DNA of 62,579 nucleotides, the filler included, from Catajapyx aquilonaris (taxonomy: Eukaryota): the NCBI GenBank assembly GCA_000934665.2. It is 2 parts of 2 records of this genome, joined end to end, with 100 filler letters (N's around TTAATTAATTAA, not from the genome) between each part and the next. Parts side by side here need not be neighbours in the genome. Positions count along the whole stretch, not along the records: positions 1 to 31,180 come from KZ539171.1; 1 more part is not named here. The stretch is one strand, 5' to 3'. Each line of letters starts with the position of its first letter. The first letter of the stretch is position 1. Made by a program: the position numbers and the translations under genes. This document shows positions 12,358 to 24,877 of this stretch, piece after piece. The notes below the pieces were generated by a model. That model was not told where the DNA came from, searched no databases, and saw nothing but the letters and a program-made list of their open reading frames with translations.

Positions 12358-15300
12358 CTACATAAATCGTAGCCACGGGTCATCCGGAGAGGGCTCCGGG
12401 TCATTGGAGGTCGATTTTTGCGAAGGGTTACTGTGACTGGACAGGCACTCGAACACGTAGTTGTTTCCGTTGTTGCTGTCCCAGTACTGCTCCCCTCGGC
12501 AATGGAAGCGGAGGGCAAACAACAGCCTGTGCCCCACGTCCAGCGTGTGGCCATAGACCAAGAAGCTGAATTTGTCAGAGAGACCGTCGCACGATCCGGA
12601 CACGTACGAGGCCTGCAGGTCAGCGTAGCTCTTCCACTCGTCCAAAGTGTACCGTACGTAGACCGATTTGTGGAAATCCATGTTCAGCACGCGGGCCGTG
12701 CCACGAATGGCCATGTCGTCGACCATGAAGGCACTTTCCAGGCACACCTTGTTTCTCCGGATTTTCTCGAGGAAGTCCGGGCATCCGCCTGGTTGGTGAA
12801 ACAGCGGAACCAACGTCCGCACTGGCACGGAGATGGGGACACTGCCGGACAAGCCCATGTTGGTCCCCGCTTCCTCTGCCTCCATGTCCAGGTCTTGGTA
12901 AGCTGACTTAGGTACATTGGGAATTTCGTCCAGGAAAGTGCGCACGTCGGCCAGGTCTAGACCTAGGGCATCGGCGAATCGGACAATTTTCTTGCGGCCG
13001 GGGGTACCTGGAGGCGTCTTGCCCGTTTTCAAGGAGGAGCTACGTTGGATACGAGGTATGGGCATTGAGTCGTCGTCGTCTTCAGTCAGGGCTTCATCTT
13101 CTTGCTCAATCGCCTCGTATTCTCGTTCGGCTACCTCTTCCGACTCTTTCTCGGTGCCGCTGAAGCTGGAACGAAGTTGAAGACGGCGTGGACGCCATTC
13201 CGATATTAAAGATACCGGTGAGGGCAACTCAACTGTCAGCTCTGGGATAGCTGGAACATTGGTGCTTTCTTCTTCACACTCCGGTTCTGCCACTTGTTCA
13301 CCTTCACTGACTTTGGCACTGGCATCACACTTTGTGTCTGAACTGCCATAGGCCTCCAGTGTAGGACTGTTCAAGGGAGAACTAGACACGCACACGGATT
13401 CTTCCTGAAATGAGATGAAATGCAGAAGGATAATGCAACCCTTGAAAAGGGGTCAGATGCTGGCAGATTAATTTCGGGCAATATGGAGGTGTGTCACTTA
13501 TTTCCAGAATTATTTACTTTCAGAGATGTAGTGTCTTAACATTTTCCGGCCATACGTATCCTGGAGGTATACAACCATCATAACTCGCCAATGGGAAAGT
13601 CAGTTGGGGAAAAGTTCACTCGCGTATTGATGGTTGCATAGTCCCAGGATACCTTCCGTCGCAGATAGGTCTATCACAATCTAATTATTTTAACTAGCCA
13701 GATCTCGTCCTTGTCATGTGATTTCAGGCAATGTGCAATACATAGCCTACTGTCTTTCATAATTGAGTTCACATTCGTATCGGTGGAAATGACGCGGACT
13801 CTTTCCCCGTGAACTCACCTTCCAGTTTGACATGAAATCATATAAGTTAGTGGTACCGAACACAATAAAACAAATCCGACATGACTTGCTCTTGTTGCTG
13901 ACAAAAACAAATCAACATTTAATAACAACTGCAATCCTTCCGGATTTTAGGGTCTACTGATTTCGGTGCTTTTGCCCTAAATGGGTTTTAAATATTGTGT
14001 ATTTACTAATCCATTTACACACTTTAAAGTGAGGTGACATCAGGGAGTACAGCAAATAACAGCCGACAAAATTATTACCGATACGGATGTGACCAAAGTT
14101 ATTAAAAAACACAGCAGAGCCTATATTTTATTATAATACAAGGTGGTCATTCATCAGTAACTCCATATTATGGCCAGCAGGTACGTGGTGATTCTTTAAC
14201 CTACAGATTTACAAGACTAGCAATCTTAGTTGTAATTCGTCATTAAGCCCCTAATCGCACCAGATAATTTGTCACAATTTTTATGGGAATGGTAGACTGT
14301 GTCGGCGGTTGTTGGCATTTCCAATTGTTCACTAAAACAGAAATTAATGAAATAATGTGAAATGAATAATGTTAAACTGCAAATATCCCTACCTGGATGC
14401 CAATGCATACTGATAACAGGCATTCTCACTGAATCACCAAGTCTGGATAGGTAAATTCCACGTAACAAAAGATAACGCAAAATGCTTCTAACAGGTTAAA
14501 CTAACGTAAATGAAACGGCAAGTGATTTTGATCGGCAGCCATGAATCTACGGCATCACTTAACATAATTTTTGAAGCTTTCTCATGTGACCTTCTTGTAT
14601 TGTACTATACCAAATATTACTATATAATTTAATTTCATTGCCACATGAAGCTATAGCTTCACGGGCTCACTGACCTGAATACTTTTCGCTTCGTCAACAT
14701 CTATACATTGCGGTACGGTCTCGTCACCGTTCGCTGCATCTGGTGGTACTTCTCTGTCATTCCCACCTGCACCCATCCTGAGGTCGTCAAAGTCATTGAT
14801 AAACTCTGATTCCACCTCTGCAGGACTTCCAGGACTCTCCAGGTCAATGTCAAAGTCAAAATAAGGGTCACTGTCCGAAGAGAAGCTGTGCTGCACCTGA
14901 TGAGGTGGGTTTGTTTCTTCTGGTTCGCACTTCTCTCCATGACCATTGAGTGCAGTCTGTGGTTCTACATGGGGCAAGGACGCTGCCGTCACTACACCTT
15001 CCTCGTCTTGCACTGCCCACACATGTTGGCCCATGCTCTGGTATTGCTCGTGGTTACCAGACAACACAGGTTCCAGTTCTTCCGCTTCCTCGCTGCTCCC
15101 TCTGCTCAGCGAGTACAGCTTGGCCTGGAGCTTCTGAGTGAAGTCCTTTCTCGCCTATGGAATATGAAAAATGTCAGTATATGGAGAGGCATATGATATG
15201 ACAAGAATGACTACAAAAATGAATGTCGATGGACAGAAAAGAATTGGGACTTATTTTGGCACTTTGTGGTTCGACTCCTACGTAGTCAATATTAATCACT

Positions 15301-15447
15301 CACCGTACTGTTGCAATTCATGGTTAGCACCGAACCCATGGTGCAGGAGGGCCAGGGTTCTTCCATTGGTTGTGGTGAGGGCGGATGTGGGACGTGATTG
15401 AGAGTAGACGAAGTGCCACTCTCCGGGTGGTCCGGCAGGTTGCTCAT
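12358..15447 (-). CDS. Gbs-76A: Protein phosphatase 1 glycogen-targeting regulatory subunit (Gbs-76A / PPP1R3-like), ~556 aa, 3 coding exons
   Basis: Exons (minus) 15447-15304, 15154-14675, 13404-12358, joined by phase-0 GT-AG introns. Has the RVxF-type PP1 motif KKIVRFAD preceded by RSSSLK, and a CBM21 domain (VLNMDFHKSVYVRYTLDEW...WDSNNGNNY). Start ATG (gccATGa at 15447) is inferred; 5' UTR exons lie further upstream. Confidence 0.9.
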
Positions 15448-16102
15448 GGCACCCTCATCTGGGGTCGTCGACGTGGGTGACGGCAAAGGTCGGGTCCTCA
15501 AGTCAGGCCACTTGTTGACAAAAGGTCGGGTGCAGAGGCGGCCCAGGAAGATGAAGATTCGAGGCGCCCACCAGCCTCCAGCGCGCCAACCTACGAGGAG
15601 CCCGACACACTAACTATGGACGCCTCCCACCCGTCAGGTAGAAGAAGAGAAGCTGAAAGGAATCGGGTGCCAGCATGCTTGCAAAACTACACATTGTGCT
15701 GTGACTACAATTCATTACTCGCCTAGTCCGTCATTCCCGTTTGATTCACAAAATGCAGGCTGTGTTATAGAAACATGTTGTCATTACATTAAGGACAGGG
15801 CGTTCTCAAGTAAGGGGAGGGCAGAGGGTGGGGTGCTTCAAAGCGTGACATAAACATTGTCGATCAAAAGGCCACTTCCATAAGTGAAGGTATTCAGCTC
15901 CATATGAATTATTATATTGACAGAAACTCGGTGCAACTCTGGTACCTTTGTAAATAGTTTCACATTTCGACAATGGTTGGTGTGTGCGGATGCCACACCT
16001 TGAAGGAACGTATTGGATTCAGAAACACCTTGTACTACTATTAATGACATTTTCTACTCAAAATACCCCCAACTTAATATAAATTCATGGCACACCTATA
16101 TA

Positions 16103-16478
16103 CAGGGTGGTCCAACTTTTTTGTCCGAACAGCTATTGACAAATTCGGCCTAAGCTGCTTATGTTGTAGTGCGTTACCTGGCAACCCTGTCCGGCGGGCC
16201 AATTCAAACATCATCCCATGGAGACTGCTTCCATTGTTGCCACTGTTTACAAATTGAGTGAGTGACGCGGATGACCCAGCGACGGATCTCTTCTGCCTGC
16301 GCACTCACTCACTCGATTTGTAAACAGTGGCAACAATGGAAGCGCTCTCTATGTGCTGATGTTTGAATTGGCCCGCCGGACAGGGTTGCCAGGTAACGCA
16401 CTACAACATAAGCAGCTTAGGCCGAATTTGTCAATAGCTGCGTGATAGCTGTTCGGACAAAAAAGTTGGACCACCCTG
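16103..16478. mobile_element. Tc1/mariner-type long-TIR MITE
   Basis: TA-CAGGGTGGTCCAACTTTTTTG...CAAAAAAGTTGGACCACCCTG-TA; arms of ~160 bp are nearly identical. Confidence 0.88.
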
Positions 16479-18703
16479 TATTGCTAACAAGTATAGAAGA
16501 AAACAGACGAGTCATAAAACATCCTTTCTAGTTTGGATTTTTAAAAATAGTCGACACAATAATTATATTACTGGCTACGCCATATAATATTGTAAAATTT
16601 AAAAATACTGTGGGGTTTTACGCATTACTATAAGTAAAATTTAAATAATGACACAGCCTCATATTTGCAGTTTTCCTTGCAGAATCAACGTCACGTTCCA
16701 TGATTCTTGAGATAAGTTGAAGTCATTAGTAAGTGATTACGGGAATATGAGCACGTGCCAACTGAGATATTGAGTTATACATCAGTGACGAACATAGAAG
16801 TCTGACTCGTTCCATTCATTGACCTGGTCATTACAAGGGTGGGTGATAAGCGTGCAGGTGCAACTCGAAAGCTATTGCATTACACCAATTGCATCAAGTT
16901 GGTCCCTCCCTGTATGTGGAGACAGAGAGGTGAAATAAATGATGATAATGATGATGAATTGCATCAAGTATCATTTAGTGTTATGCATATAATGTATGAG
17001 TTATACAATATTTCTAAAAGCATCACTGTTAGCAATCAAATTATTATACCTTATTTTCTGGCAATTCCCCGCTTCAAACTATGATAAAATTGAATCTAAT
17101 CGTCTGGATTCTTCACTATCAACCCAGCTTAGTCACACTCAATAAAATATATCGCTACAGGTTAACCATGCAGTGCATAATAAATTCTAAGTAGCCTGAA
17201 CGTCCCTGGCATGCCCTTCATAAGGTCACCTTCGCATCTTCACTGCCTGCGAATGTGACATTTTCAAAAGTAAATTCTCAAAATGACGTAATCGGGCTGA
17301 AGTACTAGCCTAATACGAAGAATATATTTGAAGTGTATAAAACGAGAATTATGCACTGCAAATATTACGCGGCATGCCTTTCACATAAACTCATTATCGA
17401 ATTTTCCTTCAGCTGACCACAAGAAAACACAGCCAAGACTCTTTACCCCTCACCCTTTTCCAAGTTGCTAATATTAGTGGCTTTACATTGGCAAAGTGAC
17501 AGACGAAACGACACCAGCACATAAGTATTGCAAGTCAACTTTCGGACATGCGCGACGCACGTAACACCACTGCACTTATCTGCATTCAAAACACCATGAC
17601 GGATAACAACTTGAGGGGTCAACCAATAAAGGATTACAATCTCCTTTTCATGTCACGTTCTCTAATAGATTTAAATTGGCTCTATCAGGACAACAACCTT
17701 TGCTCAGCTGAGTGACATGGCAACACTCTCACGTACTTAACATCTTCCTACCTACAAGTATATGTGTACACACACAAGCTGTCTCTGCTTCCGAGGTAGT
17801 AAAAGGTGACATAAAAAGTGGGCTATGCGGGGGGGGGGACAGTGTNNNNNNNNAGTGTGGGTGTTGGAATCAATGAAAAAGAATTACGTTCGCGTAGGAT
17901 ACGTCATGGTCACGTAATTTGTGTTAGTTGCTTGGTCTCTTTTGGCAGATGGCATCTAGAAAGTCATAAGGACTAGTGCAGTTACTGTAGTTGCTGTCAA
18001 GTATATAGTATAGGAGAGTCATGCATAATAGAAGCTATTAGCTCTTGATAATATGAATATAGGGAATTCCGGAGTTTTAAATGTCTTTTTTTGTAAAGGT
18101 ACATTACAATTATGTATTCCTCTTAAGGCTATATTGTTGAATCCCAGACTTCACTTTGAATGACAGCCGTCAGATCAAAATTGTCATTTATTAGTTTCGG
18201 CCATGGAACCTCATTTTTATGACGTCTAGCTGCCTTCAGTTTAATACGCTTCTCGCATTCATCACTGACTATGCTGGAGGTATAAGAGGTGACATACTAT
18301 ACAGGGTAGTCGGTGTAACGCCCACATTTCCTTCGCGTAAGGCGCGCCCTTGTCTTAATTACGCCGTGTGACGAGAATTAGGCCTCAGTCTTTGATTGTA
18401 ATCATTTGCTGTATAAGATCGACGACACATTTGAGACTCATAGTCAAGAGTCATGTAGACTAAGTGAGATTAGAATAAGCCAAGGGATCGTCATATCTGA
18501 AGCGAATGCAGGAGTTACTGACCACACCGTATGTATACAAGGTATGAGGTTACAAAATAGCATTTGAATCTGGACTGGCTGTCCAAATCTACATTTTCAT
18601 AAAAGTCAAATATTAAAATGAGTAATCCTATAGATTATTATTAGTATATTGGATGCTATGGCCTGTTGTATGAAAGAAATTGGAAATTTTTCCTTAAATT
18701 ATA

Positions 18704-19626
18704 CGAGGGGTGTTATATAAGTTCGTGGTTTCAAGTAGACATACGCGAGACATGACAAAGAAACAATTTTATTTCTCAACATAGTACCCACACCGGTCAA
18801 TACACTTTGTCCATCTTCGTGGCAACTTCTCCAAACCGCTCTGGTAGAAGGAAGAATCTCACCCCCCCAAGACGTCCTGCACAGCTGCCTTGACCTCTTC
18901 GTCACTCCCATGGAGTCGACCCCGCAGGTGTTTCTTCATGTTCGGGAACAGGTAGAGGTACCCAGGTTTCATCCTGTGTGACCAGAGGAGCGTAAAATCC
19001 TTCTGCATCAGCATTCAGCGGGTCCAAATTTAATATTGTGAAATCTCCCGACGCGCCGCCTTCTGTTCTGGCGACAACATTCGGGGTACCCATCGTGTTG
19101 ACACCTGCCACAGGCGCAGGTGGTCATGTAGTATGGTGTGGATGGAATATGTTGAGATGCCCACCACCTCAGCAAGGTACCTGATAGTCAGTCTTCGGTC
19201 TCCCATCACTAGTTCCTCCACTTTGGCCACATTTTCTTCAGTGGTGGAACACACGGGTCTTTCGGAGCGGGGGTCATCTTCTAGGCTGTCTCGGCCGTGT
19301 TTGGAGAGGGCAATCCACTTCTGGATCATGCTGTAGGATGGTGCATCGCCAGCCAATGTATCCTTCATGTCCTCAAAGATGTCCTTGGCACCCATTCCCT
19401 TTGCCACCAGGTACTGGATGACCGCGCGATGTGCGATGTTCGCCATCTTCACAAAATGCTGCGTACCCTTTCACATCCGAATTATTTCTGAACCCAAGGA
19501 CTTTGACACCTATGTCAATTGGGTGGATATAGGGGTTTGAAGGGTGGCTCGATTTAATGGCGATGTTTAGCTTCCGCATTTGCTTCTCCTTCTAGGCGAA
19601 ACCACGAACTTATATAACACCCCTCG
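18704..19626 (-). mobile_element. mariner element (irritans/Hsmar2-like TIR), internally deleted, 923 bp
   Basis: Perfect 29-bp TIRs CGAGGGGTGTTATATAAGTTCGTGGTTTC with TA TSD. ORF 19452-19030 carries the HTH region and WVPRML; DETWV is then fused directly to YLFPNMKKHL. Confidence 0.92.
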
Positions 19627-21016
19627 TATTGATACAACTGGTCCAGAGGTCTCGACTGTATTTAAGCAAATTAGAGAAATTATCCTGTTATGTACAGCAT
19701 TTACTAGACATAATCCGGAATAGTAGGATATTTCTTCTTTAATTTGCATTCACACAACAGGGCCTTAGTGCCAGTTATACCGACGGCGAAATAAATGTTC
19801 ATGTAACTTACACATCAATTTCACTTGTACAGTCTACAGTTGCACCTACCATTTTGATCCGACATTCACATTTGAAGAATTCATATTTAAATGTTCTTCA
19901 CTGGGAACTTAACTATTTGATGATTTAAAACAAATTACTTGTTAAATCTGGCAAACACTTCAATAAGCATAGGAAACAAAAGATGCATGGCTAACAAAAG
20001 CAAACAAATGTCAGTTTACCACTGAGTCGATAGCCCTAAAATGTCTTGCAGTAGTCTATTATTTTCATATTTGTACTGTCGTTTAAAATATTATGGATGT
20101 ACAGTACATTCTGATGACAAAAATTGTACAAAATTATGAAAATATTAAAACAGAATAATTAAAGAAGATATATTTTTGTGTAAACAATAGGGACGCCTTC
20201 AAACATAAAGTACAGAATGATTATCAAGTGCGAATCCAGTCGCATGAACTTGCTACGTCAATTTAAAATGCAAATCGCATATACAATTTCAGATTTAACT
20301 GCTGGCATAATTAGTGCAGTAGCTTGTCTCCGATCCTGCGGCTGGTTCGGCCTACCTGGTGTACAATTATTTGTACTAATTATTGTCAGAAACCATAAAC
20401 TGCCGACCCTATGTTTATAGGGCAAAAATGTTTATATGCATTTCCTATATCGTAGCCTACCGATAATTTTGGAGAAAGTTATTCGTCTCCCTATATGGAA
20501 CGATCCTATAGAGGTGCGCACTTCGTCTTTTCGGACTACTATTCCTTTAGATACCGTAAGTGGCCCACTTTGTGACATGCGGGGTGACTTTGTGACATAT
20601 CAGTTATTCGAATCTCGCGCCACTATTATTTGACCTTTTTGACTGCAACTAGCCCCAGTAGATGGCTACGCATATGTTGTGCCACCTAGTAGCCAACTTG
20701 GAAAGCTTCTACACCTCGAGCATTACTAACAGTCACATTCTAAGTTTGCAAACTGCGAACATTGTTGGCACTTCTTCCTACTACTTTCCCTAATAGCTAC
20801 CGGCATAGTTGCGAAGAGAGTAAAGCATGTACATTATTTTTGAAGACAAATTCATTGGCTAAGAAATGATATAACTTGATGCAAGTTTGGACTTGTTTTG
20901 TAGAAGATACGAAATTTGCCTTAGCCCAACAACTCGATTTGAATAATTTCACATCATGTAATTCATTTCAAAATTACTGAATTTGCTGCTGAGTCTACTG
21001 AAGTGGAATATTACTT

Positions 21017-21262
21017 GAAGAGTCCAGGGGAAAAGGGGGGAATGTCAAATTCCATTGGGGTTCCTGCCAAGTGCACAGTACAATAGTAGCGTAGGGGACA
21101 CTTATACCTGGAGGCTTTCCATGGGTACAAGGGGGCCAGTTGCATATAATGACGTGAAGATATCCCTATTATTCTTTAGACACGTGAAGAAATAAAGCCA
21201 TTTCATCGATTTCTCATGAACATTTTTTGTGTGACATTCCCCCCTTTTCCCCTGGACTCTTC
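21017..21262. mobile_element. 246-bp MITE with 4-bp TSD (Sola-like), copy 1
   Basis: TIR GAAGAGTCCAGGGGAAAAGGGGGGAATGTCA, TSD ACTT/ACTT; near-identical copy at 59281-59526. Confidence 0.85.
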
Positions 21263-22908
21263 ACTTGTACTTGGGGTATATAATTTTCCAAAATACTCAC
21301 TGTACAATGGCACAAGCACATCTGAGGAGATACCAGTAATAACAGTTTAGAAACAGAAATCCGAAAAACAAGACCTGGAGTACGTGGTTCACGTCAGTGT
21401 TTGAGTCATTTTTAACTTGAACTTCGCGCCTGAGCAACTACCGACAAGGCATATCTCCTCTGTACAAATTCCCGCAGCAACCCTTGATCCAGTGACATTT
21501 CCAAGCCCACATCACAGATGGTACCGTACCTTAAAACGTCCGATCCTCAAAGATAACACAAGAGTCAGAAAGCGTTTAAAAAGTCAGGTACATTTCGTTG
21601 CTTGTAGGCTACTGTACCCTTGTCTATACGAACCCACCGGACACTTGACATTTCAAGTGTTATGTTGTTCATACGGTGCATTACGTGAAGAGCTATGTGT
21701 ATTAGGATGTAGTACTTACAAGCGGAGATAATATCGGCAGGGTCATTTCTGTCCACACCGGTATGGCCACACATGTCGAAAGTCACAAATCGCACTAAAG
21801 CCCGGAAAGATTTTTCACAAGTCTCTTAGCGCCTTCCTGCGAGTCAAACAGCGGAACTTGACGTCCTATAACTGCAGATAACTTTTTATCATGTACCGCT
21901 TATCTGCTGCACCTATCGCAACTACCCAGTATGGCTACAATTCCACATACTGATCTCGAGCGATCTCACATTTTCCCCCAAGCCTCATTCGGAAAACTAA
22001 ACCTACCTGACTGGTATACCTGTGTCATTTTAAAAAAAATGGCGCCTATTGATACGTCAGCGGTATGGACTATGCTATACATTCACGGTCCCGTCACGTG
22101 ATTTAAAAGGACGGAAAAGCCAAGAACACAGCCTCGGGAATAAGTGTTGTATTTTTGGACCTAGCCTTGCTGGCCCTGCTTGGCACTCAAATGAGGAAAT
22201 ATCTACGATCCCCATAGCCTCATGCCCATGTCAGATTCATAGACCGGACGCTGCCAATAACTCCAATCACTTCGTTACCGGACCCTCAATTTGCAATTAT
22301 GAATACATAGTGTATAGTCCAGTAAAATAAGAGCCCTTAATGGCATTTGGTACACGTATCACAATATGTATGATGAACACTTGCGGCCCTATTGTTTCGT
22401 GACTCGGCGGGTCACTGAAACATATGGTGATGCACGTGTACAGTGTGCGTCATGCTATGAAAATCGCAACTGCTCCATAATGTAGCACTGTCGGAGTAGG
22501 TTAGTCGGTGTATACAATTTAAAATAGTTAAGTAGAACATGCTATTGCTTAACTTGATCGAGTATAACCCACCTTTAGGTCATGGCAATGTCGCTGCCTT
22601 GTCAGCATTGGGTGACATCGATACTCATTCCGTGTCACGATGGGGGCTATACCGCCCTGCAAAATGTTACATATTGCATGACATATACGAAATGCGAGTG
22701 GGGACGAACTGTGTCGAATTTCCTCCTAACGTGTTGCAAACTACACTTGTTGAATTCTCTGTAATTGCACTTGAAAAAGGCAGTGCACCTGCACATGTGC
22801 AACATCCAGATGCGCCATGTTTATTTTCATTCTTACGTTGCGGCAATATTGTGACACAATTTGACACGAGCTTCGCACATTGGAAAAATGCTCCCAATAA
22901 TGCCACCA

Positions 22909-22981
22909 TGCCCTCACCAGGAGTCGAACCCGGGACATCCAGCTTGTACAGCTGTTGCTCTTCCAACTGAGCTATGAGAGC
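22909..22981 (-). tRNA. 73-nt tRNA-like gene, anticodon TAC (Val) with non-canonical G33; possibly a pseudo-tRNA or SINE head
   Basis: GCTCTCA TA GCTC AGTTGGAA GAGC A ACAGC TGTACAA GCTGG ATGTC CCGGG TTCGACT CCTGG TGAGGGC A. Acceptor, D and T stems pair fully (with G-U); the anticodon stem pairs 4 of 5. A and B boxes are intact; a T5 run lies ~20 nt downstream (22884-22888). Confidence 0.6.
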
Positions 22982-24541
22982 ATTGGTCGGTACAAAATGT
23001 AGTATACACCTCATTAACAGACGAGTGTGACACACATTACCGGCGCAATAGGCCTAAACCTACTTAGGTTTACAGCAGCATAAATTGATCGAGTCTTTCA
23101 TAATGGGCAATTATTACAACCAAGTTGTGTACGTTTGTTATCGCAGCAAAGGCATTAAACGACAAAGTTTTATACAAGTACACCGTAATGTATAGCAAGA
23201 TAAGTGGTTTTCGCTCCTTTGAACTAAACCCGCGACACCATAATAAATTTGCATGTCGCTTCACGTACATGACCAGAATTTCAACAATCACAAACGGCCA
23301 ATATTAACATAGTGTTTCCGTTCGCGTCAACAAAGCGATGCAAATAAAATGAGATGTAAATTTTAATCCAGCTTAATCCTAAGCCAATGTGATACAGAGA
23401 ATAATGCATACAGGGTACATTTACCTCCGTGACATGAACAAATTTGGGACCGATCCAGCATAAATGTATTAAATAAGAGCGACAGGAATTCCTTATACAG
23501 GTTGCTCAGGTAAGATATTGCTTCATGGTCCCCATAGAATTTCTAGTGGGAGAGGACACCTGATTGCCTATAAGTCAGGATTACGTGACATCGAAGCGAC
23601 CATGCCGCTCACGACTCTAGGGTTTAATATCCTCGGCCTGGTTACGAGATTTTTTCAAGAAACCGGATTAGATTCACTCAAGGTCATGTGTATTGTAGTG
23701 TAGTTACTACCGCATCATATTAATTATATATACGGCTAATAAATCAGAGTTAGTCAAGGGCGCCACCAGGAAAGTGTATTCCGCATATAAATGCAATGGC
23801 AACTGGGTGATGTGCACTGTTCATTTTCCACAATCCTCGTCTTTGAGGAAGCGGGTTCATGAACGCAATGGGCTTCTGGGTGTCGTAAAACATGCCATGA
23901 GATGGTCTATAATTGGAAATCTTGGCGCCTATGATTGACTCATACGCTTTGGGGTATTGCAACATAGACAGATCTGGGGGATTGGATATCGTTCACGATG
24001 TCCATAGACCGATAAACCCAGATTACAAGGATCATATCAATGAAAATGACTACTTCAATTATCGTGGTCGTTCATAACCTGCTGACATTTCGGGAATATT
24101 GATTCGACCGCGGCTATAGTTTAAGATTAAAGCAGGGAAGTGCCAAGCAAGTTTGTCAAATTTGTTTAGTGAACATAGGTCTACGGAAGCTTTTACGTGT
24201 TGGAAGATTGGTGCTGGCTTTTATTGCCGGTAATCATACTATCATGATAAATTCTACATAATTGCCCAATAGGATAAAGAGTTTTATTTGCAAATCAAAT
24301 AATATACATTTTGCCACAAAATTAATATAATCACTGGTGGTGCGGCAATAGTTTCTTTTTACTGCATGTTATTACTATTTAAGAACTTATTATGAAATGT
24401 TAAGTGTGGCTGAATTCATTCATAGCATCATCATCATCTGACCTGCTGGTATACTGTACTGTACTAAGCAAAAACCACTCATTTCCTGATGGCAATTGCT
24501 ACCATCCAATAAATTGGGTTCAAGGGACTGATCATATAAGA

Positions 24542-24877
24542 CAGTGGTTCCCAACCTGGGGGGGCGTGAGAGGATTTCAGAGGGGGNNNNNNNNNNNNNN
24601 NNNNNNNNNNNNNNNNNNNNNNNNNNNNNNNNNNNNNNNNNNNNNNNNNNNNNNNNNNNNNNNNNNNNNNNNNNNNNNNNNNNNNNNNNNNNNNNNNNNN
24701 NNNNNNNNNNNNNNNNNNNNNNNNNNNNNNNNNNNNNNNNNNNNNNNNNNNNNNNNNNNNNNNNNNNNNNNNNNNNNNNNNNNNNNNNNNNNNNNNNNNN
24801 NNNNNNNNNNNNNNNNNNNNNNNNNNGGGCGCGGGTGAGGGGGGGGGCCTTCATGACGAAAAGGTTCGGAACCACTG
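24542..24877. mobile_element. hAT (Charlie-like) MITE spanning an N gap
   Basis: CAGTGGTTCCCAACC...GGTTCGGAACCACTG with 8-bp TSD ATATAAGA. Confidence 0.85.

Noticed and set aside
12418..13180. Antisense ORFs (162 and 87 aa) over Gbs-76A
   Set aside because: Shadow ORFs of a GC-rich exon with no motifs; the same applies to 14888-15196.
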